NCBI GenBank assembly: GCA_017617725.1
Contig: JAFZVR010000030.1
Location: forward strand, 1-56,625
DNA from: Prevotella sp.
Lineage (GTDB): Bacteria; Bacteroidota; Bacteroidia; Bacteroidales; Bacteroidaceae
Direction: 5' to 3'
Length of the DNA stretch: 56,625 nucleotides
How positions within the stretch are numbered: the stretch's first letter is position 1; each line of letters begins with the position of its first letter. The notes below the pieces were generated by a model, which did not search any database, was not told the DNA's origin, and saw only the letters and a list, made by a program, of their open reading frames with translations. The translations under genes were made by a program, and so were the position numbers. Positions 28,782 through 38,529 of this stretch are shown here, in pieces.

Positions 28782-31700
28782 ATGAAAAAGATATTATCAT
28801 TAATAGCAGTGCTGCTCGTCAGCATCATAGCATATGCTACAGAGACAACGGTATGGGAGGGCAGCCAGCAGATATCATGGAATACAGACTACTTCGACGG
28901 AATACAGTTGGATACGTCCGACAATGAAGAGTTCGGTGGGATATTCAGTGGAGTGGAGAAAGACAATATCATCAGGATATATTTCACTCCAGGTAAGACA
29001 GACCCGCAGTATGCCTTCAAGTACAAGGCTGGTGAAAAATGGGAATGGACAGACCTCACGATGACCGTTGCTGACGGAGTTGCATCCTATACTATCGAGA
29101 GCGACGAGATTGCATTGTGGATAGACCAGCGAGGCCTCGTCATCACAGGACAGGACTATACCATTACCAAGATTACCATAGAGAAAGCCGGTGGCGGCAA
29201 TCCTGACGATGAGCCGTTCACCCCGGGTAAGGACGAAATAGTACTGACGGTTGCAAACGGCTCGGCAGCTCTGCCACTAGTGCTGCAGCCCGACTGGAGC
29301 GCATACACTACCTTTGCGGCTACGGAGTTTACCAGTGCTAAGGCTGGTGATATCCTGACCGTATATGTAGCAGATGTCAAAGACGGTGCACAGATATCAC
29401 TGAAGGATATGAGTGACGGCTGGCCGGCATTGGAGGAGAGCACAGCATATCCGAGTGTGGAGACTACGGTTACTACTTTCACCTATACCTTCACCGATGA
29501 GACGGTGGAAAAGGTGAAGACCTACGGAATGGTGGTAGGCGGACAGAATCTGACGGTGGTGCGTGTGACGCTGACGTCTGTTGGTGGTGATAACCCGGAG
29601 CCGGAACCAGAGCCGGTGGTATATCCTATCACTCTGTGGGAGGGCTCGCAGGTGATTGACTGGAGCGGTAACCCAAGCACATGGCAGACCATCAGTCGCG
29701 ATAAGTTCGCGAATGTGAAGGCTGGCGACATCCTGCGCTTTGCCTATACGGATGTGAAGGCTGGTGCTACGATGGCATTGCAGTATTCCGTTCCGGGCAA
29801 CTGGGCGATGGTTCCCGGTACCGACTTCATGTCGGTTGACGGACTGGCAAAGCGTCTCACACTGACACAGGAGATGCTCGATGCAATCCTCAGCGGTGAC
29901 ATGCATGTGACGGGTGTGGGCTTCACGCTGACGCTCGCAGAGGTCCTCGACCCCTCAACGGTGAAGACGCTGACATGCAGTGTTCCTGTGACGGGTGATG
30001 ACTGGGTATGGAGCAACGGTGAAACACCTTCTTTCACTGTGAATATCCAGAATGACAATGCTGAGGATGTTACAGCAAACGCTACTATGATGCTGACGAC
30101 CGACAAGCTGGCAAGCATCACAAACATTGAGAGCAGCAAGGTCATTGCTGCCGGTAGTAGTGACGCTATAGAGTTCTCACTTGCTGACGTTACGCTCACT
30201 CCGAGCTTCTACCGTGCTACGATTATTGTGAATGATGAGACTGTGCGTGCGTTCAACTTTGGATATGCCCCGACAGAGATTTCTTCCCCTGCTGACAAGC
30301 AGGCTGACTTCGAGAGCTTCTGGCAGACAGCAAAGGATGAGCTGGCAGCTATCGAGGCTACTGATGAGCCCGTGCTGACGAAGATAGAGAGCCACTCTAC
30401 TGCCAACCGCACGGTATATCTCGTGGAGTTCAAGTCGGTAAGTGACGGTGACGGCAACCCTGTGACCGTACGCGGATACTATGCAGAGCCTACGGACGGG
30501 AAGAAGCATCCTGTCATCATGCACTATCAGGGCTATGACTCAGGCTACCGCCCCGGTGGTCAGGGTGTGGAGCCGTGGTGCCTCAACGGTGATGGCGACG
30601 CCCTCAGCAGCAACTATGCTGAGTTCATCCTCTCTACCCGTGGTCAGAGCGTAAACAACCGTCCTGCCAATGAGCGTGCCGATGGTATAGACCGCGACTT
30701 CACCAACGAGTACGGTGACTGGTTCGCCTTTAACTTCGGTGATAAGGACAAGTACTACTATCGTGGTGCATATATGGACTGCGTGCGTGCCCTCGACTTC
30801 ATGGCAACACGTCCTACGAGTGATATGACAAACCTCTATGCTGAGGGACAGAGCCAGGGCGGTGCTTTTACATACGCTGCCGCAGCACTGGGAGGCAGAG
30901 AGTTCAAGGCAATAGCTCCGGGTATCGCCTTCATGGGTGACTTCCCCGACTACTTCGAGCTGGCAAGCTGGCCTGCAAGTGTGGCATTTGCCAACCAGGG
31001 TGACATGACGGATGAGCAGATGTATGCCTTCCTCTCTTACTTTGACACTAAGAACCTCGCTACACTCATCAGCAGCAATACTGCCGTAATAGCAACTATC
31101 GGCGTGCAGGATAATGTATGCCCTCCGCATACCAATATTGCTCCGTACAACAACCTCGCTGCAGAGACAGTGAAGGAGATAAGCTTCAATCCTGAGAATG
31201 CCCATCAGGTGGCAGACAACTGGTACGACTCATACATGAACTACTTCGCATCGAAGTATGTGGAGCCACAGGACGAGCCGGAACCGGAACCTGAGCCTGG
31301 GGAAAAGAAGCGTACCGAGAATGCTCAGAAACTCTTCGACGTGCTGACATCGCTCTACGGCAACAAAATCATCTCTGGTACGACGGCGGTTGTTGACTGG
31401 AACACCAGTCAGGCAGAACAGGTGCATCAGTGGACCAACAAGTATCCTGCCATCAACACCTACGACTTTATCAATATCCACGCCTCGAAGGATGTCAATC
31501 CTGACGGTTGGCTGGACTACAGCGATATCAGAGGTGTGAAGAACTGGGCTGCCGAGGGCGGTGTAGTGAGTGCCATGTGGCATTGGCAGGTGAAGAACAA
31601 TTCCGGTACAGGCTACACCTGTACACCGGGAACTGGCGATGCTGCTACATCTTTCGATGCCTCAAAGGTCTATGTGGACGGAACGGCAGAGAACACCCAG

Positions 31701-33590
31701 GCGAAGCAGCAGCTGAGTCAGGTCTGCGGCTATCTGAAGAAGATGCAGGATGCCGGTATTCCCGTCATCTGGCGTCCTTTCCACGAGGCAGCAGGCAATA
31801 CGTATGAATATGATGGCGGCACTGTATGGTTCTGGTGGGGTGCCAAGGGAGCTGATGTCTATAAGCAACTATGGCAGTGGATGTACAACTATATGGTCAA
31901 CGAACAGGGGCTGAACAACCTTATTTGGGTATGGACTTCGCAGACGAAGGACGGCAGTTGGTATCCCGGCAGCGACTACGTCGACATCATCGGCCGTGAC
32001 ATCTACGGCGGTCAGGCAGCTCAGCAGAAGAATGACTTCGACCATCTCACCGATAGTTATCCCAATATGATGGCGGCACTCTCTGAATGCGGTAATACCA
32101 GCAATGTAAGCCAGTCTGACATCAGTGCTGTTTGGGAGACTGGTGCCAAATGGAGCTGGTTCTCTACTTGGTATGACTCTGCTGGCAGTCAGTTACACAA
32201 CATGCAGGACTGGTGGACAAATGCCTTCAATCAGGACTATGTGGTGACACGTGACCAGATGAAGGAACTGTTAGACCTCAATATTGAGCCTGAGCCGGAA
32301 CCGCAACCTGAACCAGAAACAAACACATTCGATGAGAATGGTATTGCAGACCTCAGCAAGATTGAAGTACAGGATGCCGAGAAGGTAACGTATGATGTGG
32401 AGACACATACCGTCACTACGACAGCAGGCTGGACGGGTGTGCAGCTAACCATTGCCGAAGGTGAACAAGTAAGTGGAAAAGAGCTGCGTATCACCTTCGA
32501 CCGTGCCATGAAAGTGAAGTGCTATGTGAAATACTTGGACGAGACCGATGCCGATGTTATCATGGACGATGCTGCTGAAATTATCTACTTCGAACTTGAC
32601 AACACAAAGAAGCTATATCAGGTACAGATTCAGCCTACCGAGGCCACCACATTTGCCTTCAACGAGATTCGTGTCAATGCCGAGAGCACTAAGCCTGTGC
32701 TGAAGCCTCTTGAGGAGGGAGAAGTCCGCACTCTCTTCGAGGACGAGGAAGGTGTGGTGATGGCATGGAATGAAATCTGCCAGATGGATGCCGGATGGGG
32801 TGCTATCCTGGAGGCAGGTGAGAGCTTCTTGGTTACAGTCAAGAGTCGTACCGGGGGTAGTGAGTGGCCGAAGGTCATCCTCCGCGATGCCGCATCAGTA
32901 GCGGTGCAAGAAATGGAACTCTACGACGTGACTGAGTTCCCGTATATCGTGAAGATTATCCTCACTGACGAGATGGTAGCTAAGCTCCGCGACGGTTTCC
33001 GTTTCTCTGGTGACGGTGTGACAATCACGAAGATAGAGCTCTACAAACCGGCTCCCTTGAAGGAGGGTGACATCAATATCGAGGCACTGAACTGGTTCCG
33101 CACGGCGGTGTACGATACCGATAGTCATACAGCCACTACCACAGCACGCTGGGGACAGGCAGGATGGCAGGTCGGTGATGACCGCTATGCCGACAAGACC
33201 ATTGTCATTGTCAACGTAGAACCAGCAGAGTTCCCTGTGACACTGAAGATGGAATACACGAATACCAACAACGCATCTCTCGCCACATCGGTAGGCGTGG
33301 CTGCCGGTACGACACAGCTCAATCTGCCGCTTCCTCTCGACACGAAGATTATAAATAAGGTGTACCTTACATATAGTAACGCTGGCTCTGTAGTACTGAC
33401 CGATGCGTCGGTGATTGCCGCTGCCAATGCCCGTCCTCTGACAGGCTATTCTGATACTACTCGTATCAACACCGTAGAGGGTGTAGTCAATGACCCTGTC
33501 GATGTGTACTACAACCTCAACGGTCAGCGAGTAAGCAACCCGACAAAGGGACTGTACATCGTGAATGGTAAAAAGGTGGTGGTTAAATGA
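28782..33590 (+). CDS. Multimodular CE7 acetyl esterase-GH26 mannanase fusion, T9SS cargo
   Basis: DFESFWQ, STRGQ, YYYRGAYMD, GQSQGG and QDNVCPP (CE7); WRPFHEAAG and LSECG (GH26); EP-rich linkers; YNLNGQRV..GLYIVNGKKVVVK. Confidence 0.88.
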   Translation: MKKILSLIAVLLVSIIAYATETTVWEGSQQISWNTDYFDGIQLDTSDNEEFGGIFSGVEKDNIIRIYFTPGKTDPQYAFKYKAGEKWEWTDLTMTVADGVASYTIESDEIALWIDQRGLVITGQDYTITKITIEKAGGGNPDDEPFTPGKDEIVLTVANGSAALPLVLQPDWSAYTTFAATEFTSAKAGDILTVYVADVKDGAQISLKDMSDGWPALEESTAYPSVETTVTTFTYTFTDETVEKVKTYGMVVGGQNLTVVRVTLTSVGGDNPEPEPEPVVYPITLWEGSQVIDWSGNPSTWQTISRDKFANVKAGDILRFAYTDVKAGATMALQYSVPGNWAMVPGTDFMSVDGLAKRLTLTQEMLDAILSGDMHVTGVGFTLTLAEVLDPSTVKTLTCSVPVTGDDWVWSNGETPSFTVNIQNDNAEDVTANATMMLTTDKLASITNIESSKVIAAGSSDAIEFSLADVTLTPSFYRATIIVNDETVRAFNFGYAPTEISSPADKQADFESFWQTAKDELAAIEATDEPVLTKIESHSTANRTVYLVEFKSVSDGDGNPVTVRGYYAEPTDGKKHPVIMHYQGYDSGYRPGGQGVEPWCLNGDGDALSSNYAEFILSTRGQSVNNRPANERADGIDRDFTNEYGDWFAFNFGDKDKYYYRGAYMDCVRALDFMATRPTSDMTNLYAEGQSQGGAFTYAAAALGGREFKAIAPGIAFMGDFPDYFELASWPASVAFANQGDMTDEQMYAFLSYFDTKNLATLISSNTAVIATIGVQDNVCPPHTNIAPYNNLAAETVKEISFNPENAHQVADNWYDSYMNYFASKYVEPQDEPEPEPEPGEKKRTENAQKLFDVLTSLYGNKIISGTTAVVDWNTSQAEQVHQWTNKYPAINTYDFINIHASKDVNPDGWLDYSDIRGVKNWAAEGGVVSAMWHWQVKNNSGTGYTCTPGTGDAATSFDASKVYVDGTAENTQAKQQLSQVCGYLKKMQDAGIPVIWRPFHEAAGNTYEYDGGTVWFWWGAKGADVYKQLWQWMYNYMVNEQGLNNLIWVWTSQTKDGSWYPGSDYVDIIGRDIYGGQAAQQKNDFDHLTDSYPNMMAALSECGNTSNVSQSDISAVWETGAKWSWFSTWYDSAGSQLHNMQDWWTNAFNQDYVVTRDQMKELLDLNIEPEPEPQPEPETNTFDENGIADLSKIEVQDAEKVTYDVETHTVTTTAGWTGVQLTIAEGEQVSGKELRITFDRAMKVKCYVKYLDETDADVIMDDAAEIIYFELDNTKKLYQVQIQPTEATTFAFNEIRVNAESTKPVLKPLEEGEVRTLFEDEEGVVMAWNEICQMDAGWGAILEAGESFLVTVKSRTGGSEWPKVILRDAASVAVQEMELYDVTEFPYIVKIILTDEMVAKLRDGFRFSGDGVTITKIELYKPAPLKEGDINIEALNWFRTAVYDTDSHTATTTARWGQAGWQVGDDRYADKTIVIVNVEPAEFPVTLKMEYTNTNNASLATSVGVAAGTTQLNLPLPLDTKIINKVYLTYSNAGSVVLTDASVIAAANARPLTGYSDTTRINTVEGVVNDPVDVYYNLNGQRVSNPTKGLYIVNGKKVVVK

Positions 33591-33592
33591 AG

Positions 33593-33631
33593 ACTCACCC
33601 CCTAACCCCCTCTCCCAAAGAGAGGGGGGAG
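33593..33631 (-). repeat. REP-like palindrome
   Basis: CCCCCTCTCCCAAAGAGAGGGGG stem with C-rich flank. Confidence 0.7.
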
Positions 33632-33693
33632 CCTAACGGCAGGAGAGGAGCCTGACAAACTTCTCATTATAATTTCTTTATAACTCCAGTAAA

Positions 33694-35874
33694 ATGAAAA
33701 GAGTTTTAATAGCAACGGGAATATGGATGCTTACAGCAACAAGCATCTCTGCATGGAACGGAGAGGTGGTTGTGAGCACTCCCAATACTGCAATGATACT
33801 CCATGCTGACGAGGATACCGACCTACGCATGGACTATTACGGTGCTAAGACTGCAACACTGCAGCAGTTGCGTGATGCCGGTGATGCCTTCAACTTCCCT
33901 GCGTTGCCGGCTTTCGGTACGGTGGATATGATTCATCTGCCTGCCATCCAGGTGCAGCATGTCAATGGAGACCAGAATTTAGAGTTGAGAGTTGAGAGTT
34001 TAGAGTTGAGAGATGAGGCTAACGCTAAGACGTATGTCTTTACTATGCAGGACAAGCTACTGCCCGTCACGGTGAAAGTGTTCTACAAGGCATACAAGAA
34101 TGTGGACATCATCGAGACATGGACGGAGATAACACATAGTGAGAAGACTGCCATTACGCTGAAACGCTATGACAGTGGTCATCTCACCATTCGCCGCGGT
34201 GATGTATGGCTGACGCATCTGCATGGTGACTGGGCAGCCGAGGCAGACATCACGCAGGAGCCCCTGACGGCGGGGGTGCAGGTGATACGAAACACTGACG
34301 GTGCACGTAATGCCCACTGTGACGCTCCGGAACTGATGCTGTCGCTTGACGGACAGCCGCAGGAGAATAGTGGTCGTACTATTGGTGCTGCCCTCTGCTG
34401 GAGTGGTAACTACGAGTTGCGAATCAATACCAACAACAAGAAGGAACACCACCTCTATGCAGGTATCGACCCACAGTCGTCGGAGTATGTGTTAAGCCCG
34501 AAGGAGGTATTTGCAACTCCTCATCTGGCACTGACCTATTCCACAGAGGGAATGGGAGGTGTCAGCCGTGCGTTCCATCGCTGGGCTCGTACCGAAGGGA
34601 TGCTACACCGTGGCATGAAGACGGGTGACATATTACTGAATTCATGGGAAGGCCTTTACTTCGACATCAATGAGGAGCGTATGATTCAGATGATGGATGA
34701 CATCAGCCAGTTAGGTGGTGAGCTCTTCGTGATGGATGACGGCTGGTTTGGCGATAAATACCAGCGTAATGACGACTCGTCGACATTGGGCGACTGGGTT
34801 GTCGACAAAAAGAAACTACCCGGCGGTCTCAGTGTGCTTTGCAGTTCTGCAGCAAAGAAGGGCATCAAGTTCGGTATCTGGATAGAGCCGGAGGCTGTAA
34901 ACACCAAGAGTGAACTCTTCGAGAAGCACCCTGAATGGGCGTTGCAGACGAAGGGAAGGGAGCTGAAGCTGGGTCGTGGCGGCACGCAGTTAGTGCTCGA
35001 CATGACCAATCCGCAGGTACAGGACTTCGCCTTCAAGATTGTCGATGACCTCCTGACGAACTATCCTGAGATAAGCTATATCAAATGGGATGCCAATGCC
35101 AGTATACAGAATGTGGGCTCGCTCTATCTGCCTATGGCAAAACAGTCTAACCTCTATGTGGACTATCACCGCGGACTCATAAAGGTACTTGAACGCATAC
35201 GTGCAAAATACCCGAATGTGGTGATGCAGGATTGTGCTTCGGGTGGCGGTCGTGCCAACTACGGGTTGCTTCCTTACTTCGATGAGTTCTGGGTCTCAGA
35301 TAACACCGATGCTCTACAGCGCGTATATATCCAGTGGGGCACCAGTCTTTTCTTCCCTGCCAATGCTATGGCGAACCATATCAATCACTGTCCTTATTGG
35401 AATACTGGTGGACGTGTCATACCTCTGAAGTTCCGTTGCGATGTGGCTATGAGCGGTCGTTTAGGCATAGAGCTGCAGCCCAAGGATATGAACGACGAGG
35501 AGCGCCAACAGGTCAGCACCTGCTTCAGGGATTATAAGGAACTGCGCGATGTAGTACAGACAGGTGACCTCTACCGATTGGTATCACCGTATAACCGCAA
35601 GGGTATTGCAGCACTGATGTATACTAGTCAATCTAGCCAGGGGGTTCTCTTCGTCTACAAGACCGACAACTACTACAACCAGCCGCTTCCTCGTATCCGT
35701 TTGGCAGGACTCAACCCTGACAAGACATACACACTGACGGAAAAGAACGTACGTGTGGGACAGCAGCCGTGTGAGCTCAGCGGCAGGCAGTTCACCGGTC
35801 GTTTCCTCATGGATGTGGGTATTGAGGTGCCCCTCTGGGAGGACTATGCCTCAAGAGTATTTGAACTGAAATAA
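33694..35874 (+). CDS. GH36 alpha-galactosidase
   Basis: LNSWEG, FVMDDGWFG, FGIWIEPE, YIKWD, CASGGGR and WVSDNTD motifs. Confidence 0.93.
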   Translation: MKRVLIATGIWMLTATSISAWNGEVVVSTPNTAMILHADEDTDLRMDYYGAKTATLQQLRDAGDAFNFPALPAFGTVDMIHLPAIQVQHVNGDQNLELRVESLELRDEANAKTYVFTMQDKLLPVTVKVFYKAYKNVDIIETWTEITHSEKTAITLKRYDSGHLTIRRGDVWLTHLHGDWAAEADITQEPLTAGVQVIRNTDGARNAHCDAPELMLSLDGQPQENSGRTIGAALCWSGNYELRINTNNKKEHHLYAGIDPQSSEYVLSPKEVFATPHLALTYSTEGMGGVSRAFHRWARTEGMLHRGMKTGDILLNSWEGLYFDINEERMIQMMDDISQLGGELFVMDDGWFGDKYQRNDDSSTLGDWVVDKKKLPGGLSVLCSSAAKKGIKFGIWIEPEAVNTKSELFEKHPEWALQTKGRELKLGRGGTQLVLDMTNPQVQDFAFKIVDDLLTNYPEISYIKWDANASIQNVGSLYLPMAKQSNLYVDYHRGLIKVLERIRAKYPNVVMQDCASGGGRANYGLLPYFDEFWVSDNTDALQRVYIQWGTSLFFPANAMANHINHCPYWNTGGRVIPLKFRCDVAMSGRLGIELQPKDMNDEERQQVSTCFRDYKELRDVVQTGDLYRLVSPYNRKGIAALMYTSQSSQGVLFVYKTDNYYNQPLPRIRLAGLNPDKTYTLTEKNVRVGQQPCELSGRQFTGRFLMDVGIEVPLWEDYASRVFELK

Positions 35875-35897
35875 CAAACAATTAATAAGTTTCGCCC

Positions 35898-37223
35898 ATG
35901 AAGCCCATAATGCCCATAACCTCCATCCTGATAACATTTATCACTGTTGCCCTTTGCCTCATAGCTTGCAACAATCCATCGGTGCAGAGTGATTTCGTCA
36001 CAGTTCAGGACGGACACTTTATGCGTGGAGGTAAGCCTTATTATTATGTAGGTACCAACTTCTGGTATGGTGCCATTCTCGGCTCTGAGGGGCAGGGCGG
36101 CAACCGTGAGCGGCTATGCCGTGAACTGGATGCAATGAAGCAGTTGGGCATTGACAACCTGCGCATCCTCGTAGGCTCTGACGGTGAGCGCGGGGTTAAG
36201 ACGAAGGTGGAACCGACACTGCAGATTGCCCCGGGAGTATATAACGACACTATCCTGGCTGGTCTCGACTACCTGCTCATGGAAATGGGCAAGCGCCAGA
36301 TGGTGGCGGTGCTCTACCTCAATAACTCATGGGAGTGGAGCGGTGGCTATGGCTACTATCTTGAGCATGCTGGAGCAGGCAAGGCACCGCGTCCCAACGA
36401 GGTGGGCTACGATGCGTTTATGAACCATGTAGCTCAGTTTGCAACCAATGAAAAGGCGCACCAGCTTTTCTACGATTATGTACGCTTTATCATAGGTCGT
36501 ACCAACCGTTATACGGGAAAGAAATATGTAGACGACCCAGCCATCATGTCATGGCAGATAGGCAACGAACCGCGTGCGTTCTCCAAGGAGGCGTTGTCTG
36601 CTTTCGAAAAATGGATAGGTGAGGCAGCCGCCCTCATACGTTCCTTGGACAAGAACCATCTCATCTCCATCGGCAGTGAAGGCTCATGGGGATGCGAAAA
36701 CGACTATGGCGTGTGGGAACGTATCTGTGGCAATGAGAATGTTGACTACTGCAACGTTCATCTGTGGCCGTATAACTGGGGATGGGCGCAGCGCGACAGC
36801 CTTATCGAGACATTGCCAAGAGCATGTGATAACTCCAAGGATTATATCAGTAAGCACCTCGCCATCTGTGACAAGCTGAAGAAACCACTTGTCATGGAGG
36901 AGTTCGGTTATCCGCGCGACGGTCTGTCATTTGAACCAGGCAGTGCCACTGTCGGTCGCGACGGCTACTACAGTTATATCTTCCAGTTGATAGCTGACAA
37001 TATGCTCTCTGGCGGCGCCTTTGCCGGATGTAACTTCTGGGGATGGGGCGGTGAAGCCAAACCAACACATGTACAGTGGCAGGTCGGTGACGACTACTGC
37101 TGCGACCCTGCTCAGGAGGAACAGGGACTCAACTCTGTGTTCCTTTGCGATACTACAACCCTGTCTGTTATCAAGGAAAAGATAAAAACAATAAAAAACG
37201 ATCACACCTATGAAACCAATTAA
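35898..37223 (+). CDS. GH5 (subfamily 7-like) beta-mannanase/mannosidase lipoprotein
   Basis: GTNFWYG, NNSWEWSGG, WQIGNEPR acid/base, VHLWP, VMEEFG nucleophile; lipobox LIAC. Confidence 0.88.
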   Translation: MKPIMPITSILITFITVALCLIACNNPSVQSDFVTVQDGHFMRGGKPYYYVGTNFWYGAILGSEGQGGNRERLCRELDAMKQLGIDNLRILVGSDGERGVKTKVEPTLQIAPGVYNDTILAGLDYLLMEMGKRQMVAVLYLNNSWEWSGGYGYYLEHAGAGKAPRPNEVGYDAFMNHVAQFATNEKAHQLFYDYVRFIIGRTNRYTGKKYVDDPAIMSWQIGNEPRAFSKEALSAFEKWIGEAAALIRSLDKNHLISIGSEGSWGCENDYGVWERICGNENVDYCNVHLWPYNWGWAQRDSLIETLPRACDNSKDYISKHLAICDKLKKPLVMEEFGYPRDGLSFEPGSATVGRDGYYSYIFQLIADNMLSGGAFAGCNFWGWGGEAKPTHVQWQVGDDYCCDPAQEEQGLNSVFLCDTTTLSVIKEKIKTIKNDHTYETN

Positions 37224-38334
37224 ACCCACAATGCCCATGAAACCCATCAACCCCATCCTGATAGCAATCATCACCCTGTTGGTTGCGGTTCTCCCGCAAC
37301 CCTCCCACGCACAAACCATCCGCCAACACGGTATCGACCGTTTGCAGCAATTGCAGCAGCGCGGATATATGTTTGGACATCAGGACGACCCCTTCTACGG
37401 ACTTACGTGGGAGTGGGAGCGTGGACGCAGTGATGTTCTTGAGACCTGTGGCGACTATCCTGCCGTAATGGGTTTCGACCTCGGCGGCATAGAGGTAGGC
37501 GATGAGAAGAATCTCGACTCGGTACCCTTTACACGCATACGTGAGGAACTCCTTGCCCATCATAAACGTGGGGGCATCGTTACACTCTCATGGCATCCGC
37601 GTAATCCATATACAGGCGGTACCGCATGGGACAATCAAGATACCGTTGTGGTACAGAGTATCCTTCCTGGTGGAATAAACCATCGTAAGTTCCTGCTATG
37701 GATGAAGAATGTGCGCAATTTCCTTGCTACACTGAAGGATGACAATGGCACACCCATACCAATTATCTTCCGCCCGTGGCACGAGAATAACGGTGCGTGG
37801 TTCTGGTGGGGCTCGAAACAGTGTACACCGAAAGAGTATCATGCTCTGTGGTGTATGCTACAGGACTATCTCCTGAGTGAAGGTTTTGACAATCTCATCT
37901 GGAGTTGGAGTCCTAATTTAGGTATAGCCTCTCAATCCTCGACTCTCGACTCTCGACCCTCGACCCTCGCCCCTCTATACTATCCCGGCGATGACCGTAT
38001 AGACCTCATCGGTCTTGATGCCTATCAGTGGGGCACCGAGCAGGAGTTCGTGCGCGACCTGAATGCCGACCTCACTATGCTCTGCAGTTTTGCTACTGAG
38101 CATGGTAAGCTCTTTGCACTCACCGAATGTGGACTGAAGAACCTGCCTGACCCTACATGGTGGACGAGAGTACTGAAACCGCAGCTTGATAAATACCCAA
38201 TATCTTACTTCTTGGTGTGGCGCAATGCCAAGCACGAGTTCTTCGGACCGGCACCAGGCGAGAAGAATGCCCTCTACTTCAAAGAGATGATACGCAGTAA
38301 GAATGTGCTTATGCTTAAGGATATCGCGAAGTAA
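37210..38334 (+). CDS. GH26 beta-mannanase (mannobiose-producing ManA-like)
   Basis: FGHQDD, DYPAVMGFDLG, FRPWHENNGAWFWWG, YPGDDRID and LTECG motifs. Confidence 0.9.
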   Translation: MKPIKPTMPMKPINPILIAIITLLVAVLPQPSHAQTIRQHGIDRLQQLQQRGYMFGHQDDPFYGLTWEWERGRSDVLETCGDYPAVMGFDLGGIEVGDEKNLDSVPFTRIREELLAHHKRGGIVTLSWHPRNPYTGGTAWDNQDTVVVQSILPGGINHRKFLLWMKNVRNFLATLKDDNGTPIPIIFRPWHENNGAWFWWGSKQCTPKEYHALWCMLQDYLLSEGFDNLIWSWSPNLGIASQSSTLDSRPSTLAPLYYPGDDRIDLIGLDAYQWGTEQEFVRDLNADLTMLCSFATEHGKLFALTECGLKNLPDPTWWTRVLKPQLDKYPISYFLVWRNAKHEFFGPAPGEKNALYFKEMIRSKNVLMLKDIAK

Positions 38335-38357
38335 CAAGTTAATCATCACTTTTTATT

Positions 38358-38412
38358 TACGGTCTTCATCTTTTCGGCTCCATCAGTGAGCCGAGGATGA
38401 AGACCGTATTTC
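38358..38412 (+). terminator. Long hairpin/terminator ending the main PUL operon
   Basis: TACGGTCTTCATC..TCGGCTC...GAGCCGA GGATGAAGACCGTA. Confidence 0.7.
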
Positions 38413-38435
38413 TTATAATATTCATCTTACTATGG

Positions 38436-38495
38436 AAAAGTATCAGCGTTGGCTAAGAAAATGGTATAGTGAAACATAAGTACAGCGTACTTTTG
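38436..38495 (+). promoter_or_regulatory. PUL-type promoter
   Basis: GGCTAAGAAAATG (GA at 38457) with TACTTTTG 31 bp downstream at 38488. Confidence 0.55.
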
Positions 38496-38529
38496 CGGCA
38501 GAGAAATCACTAAATAACCAATAACGTTT

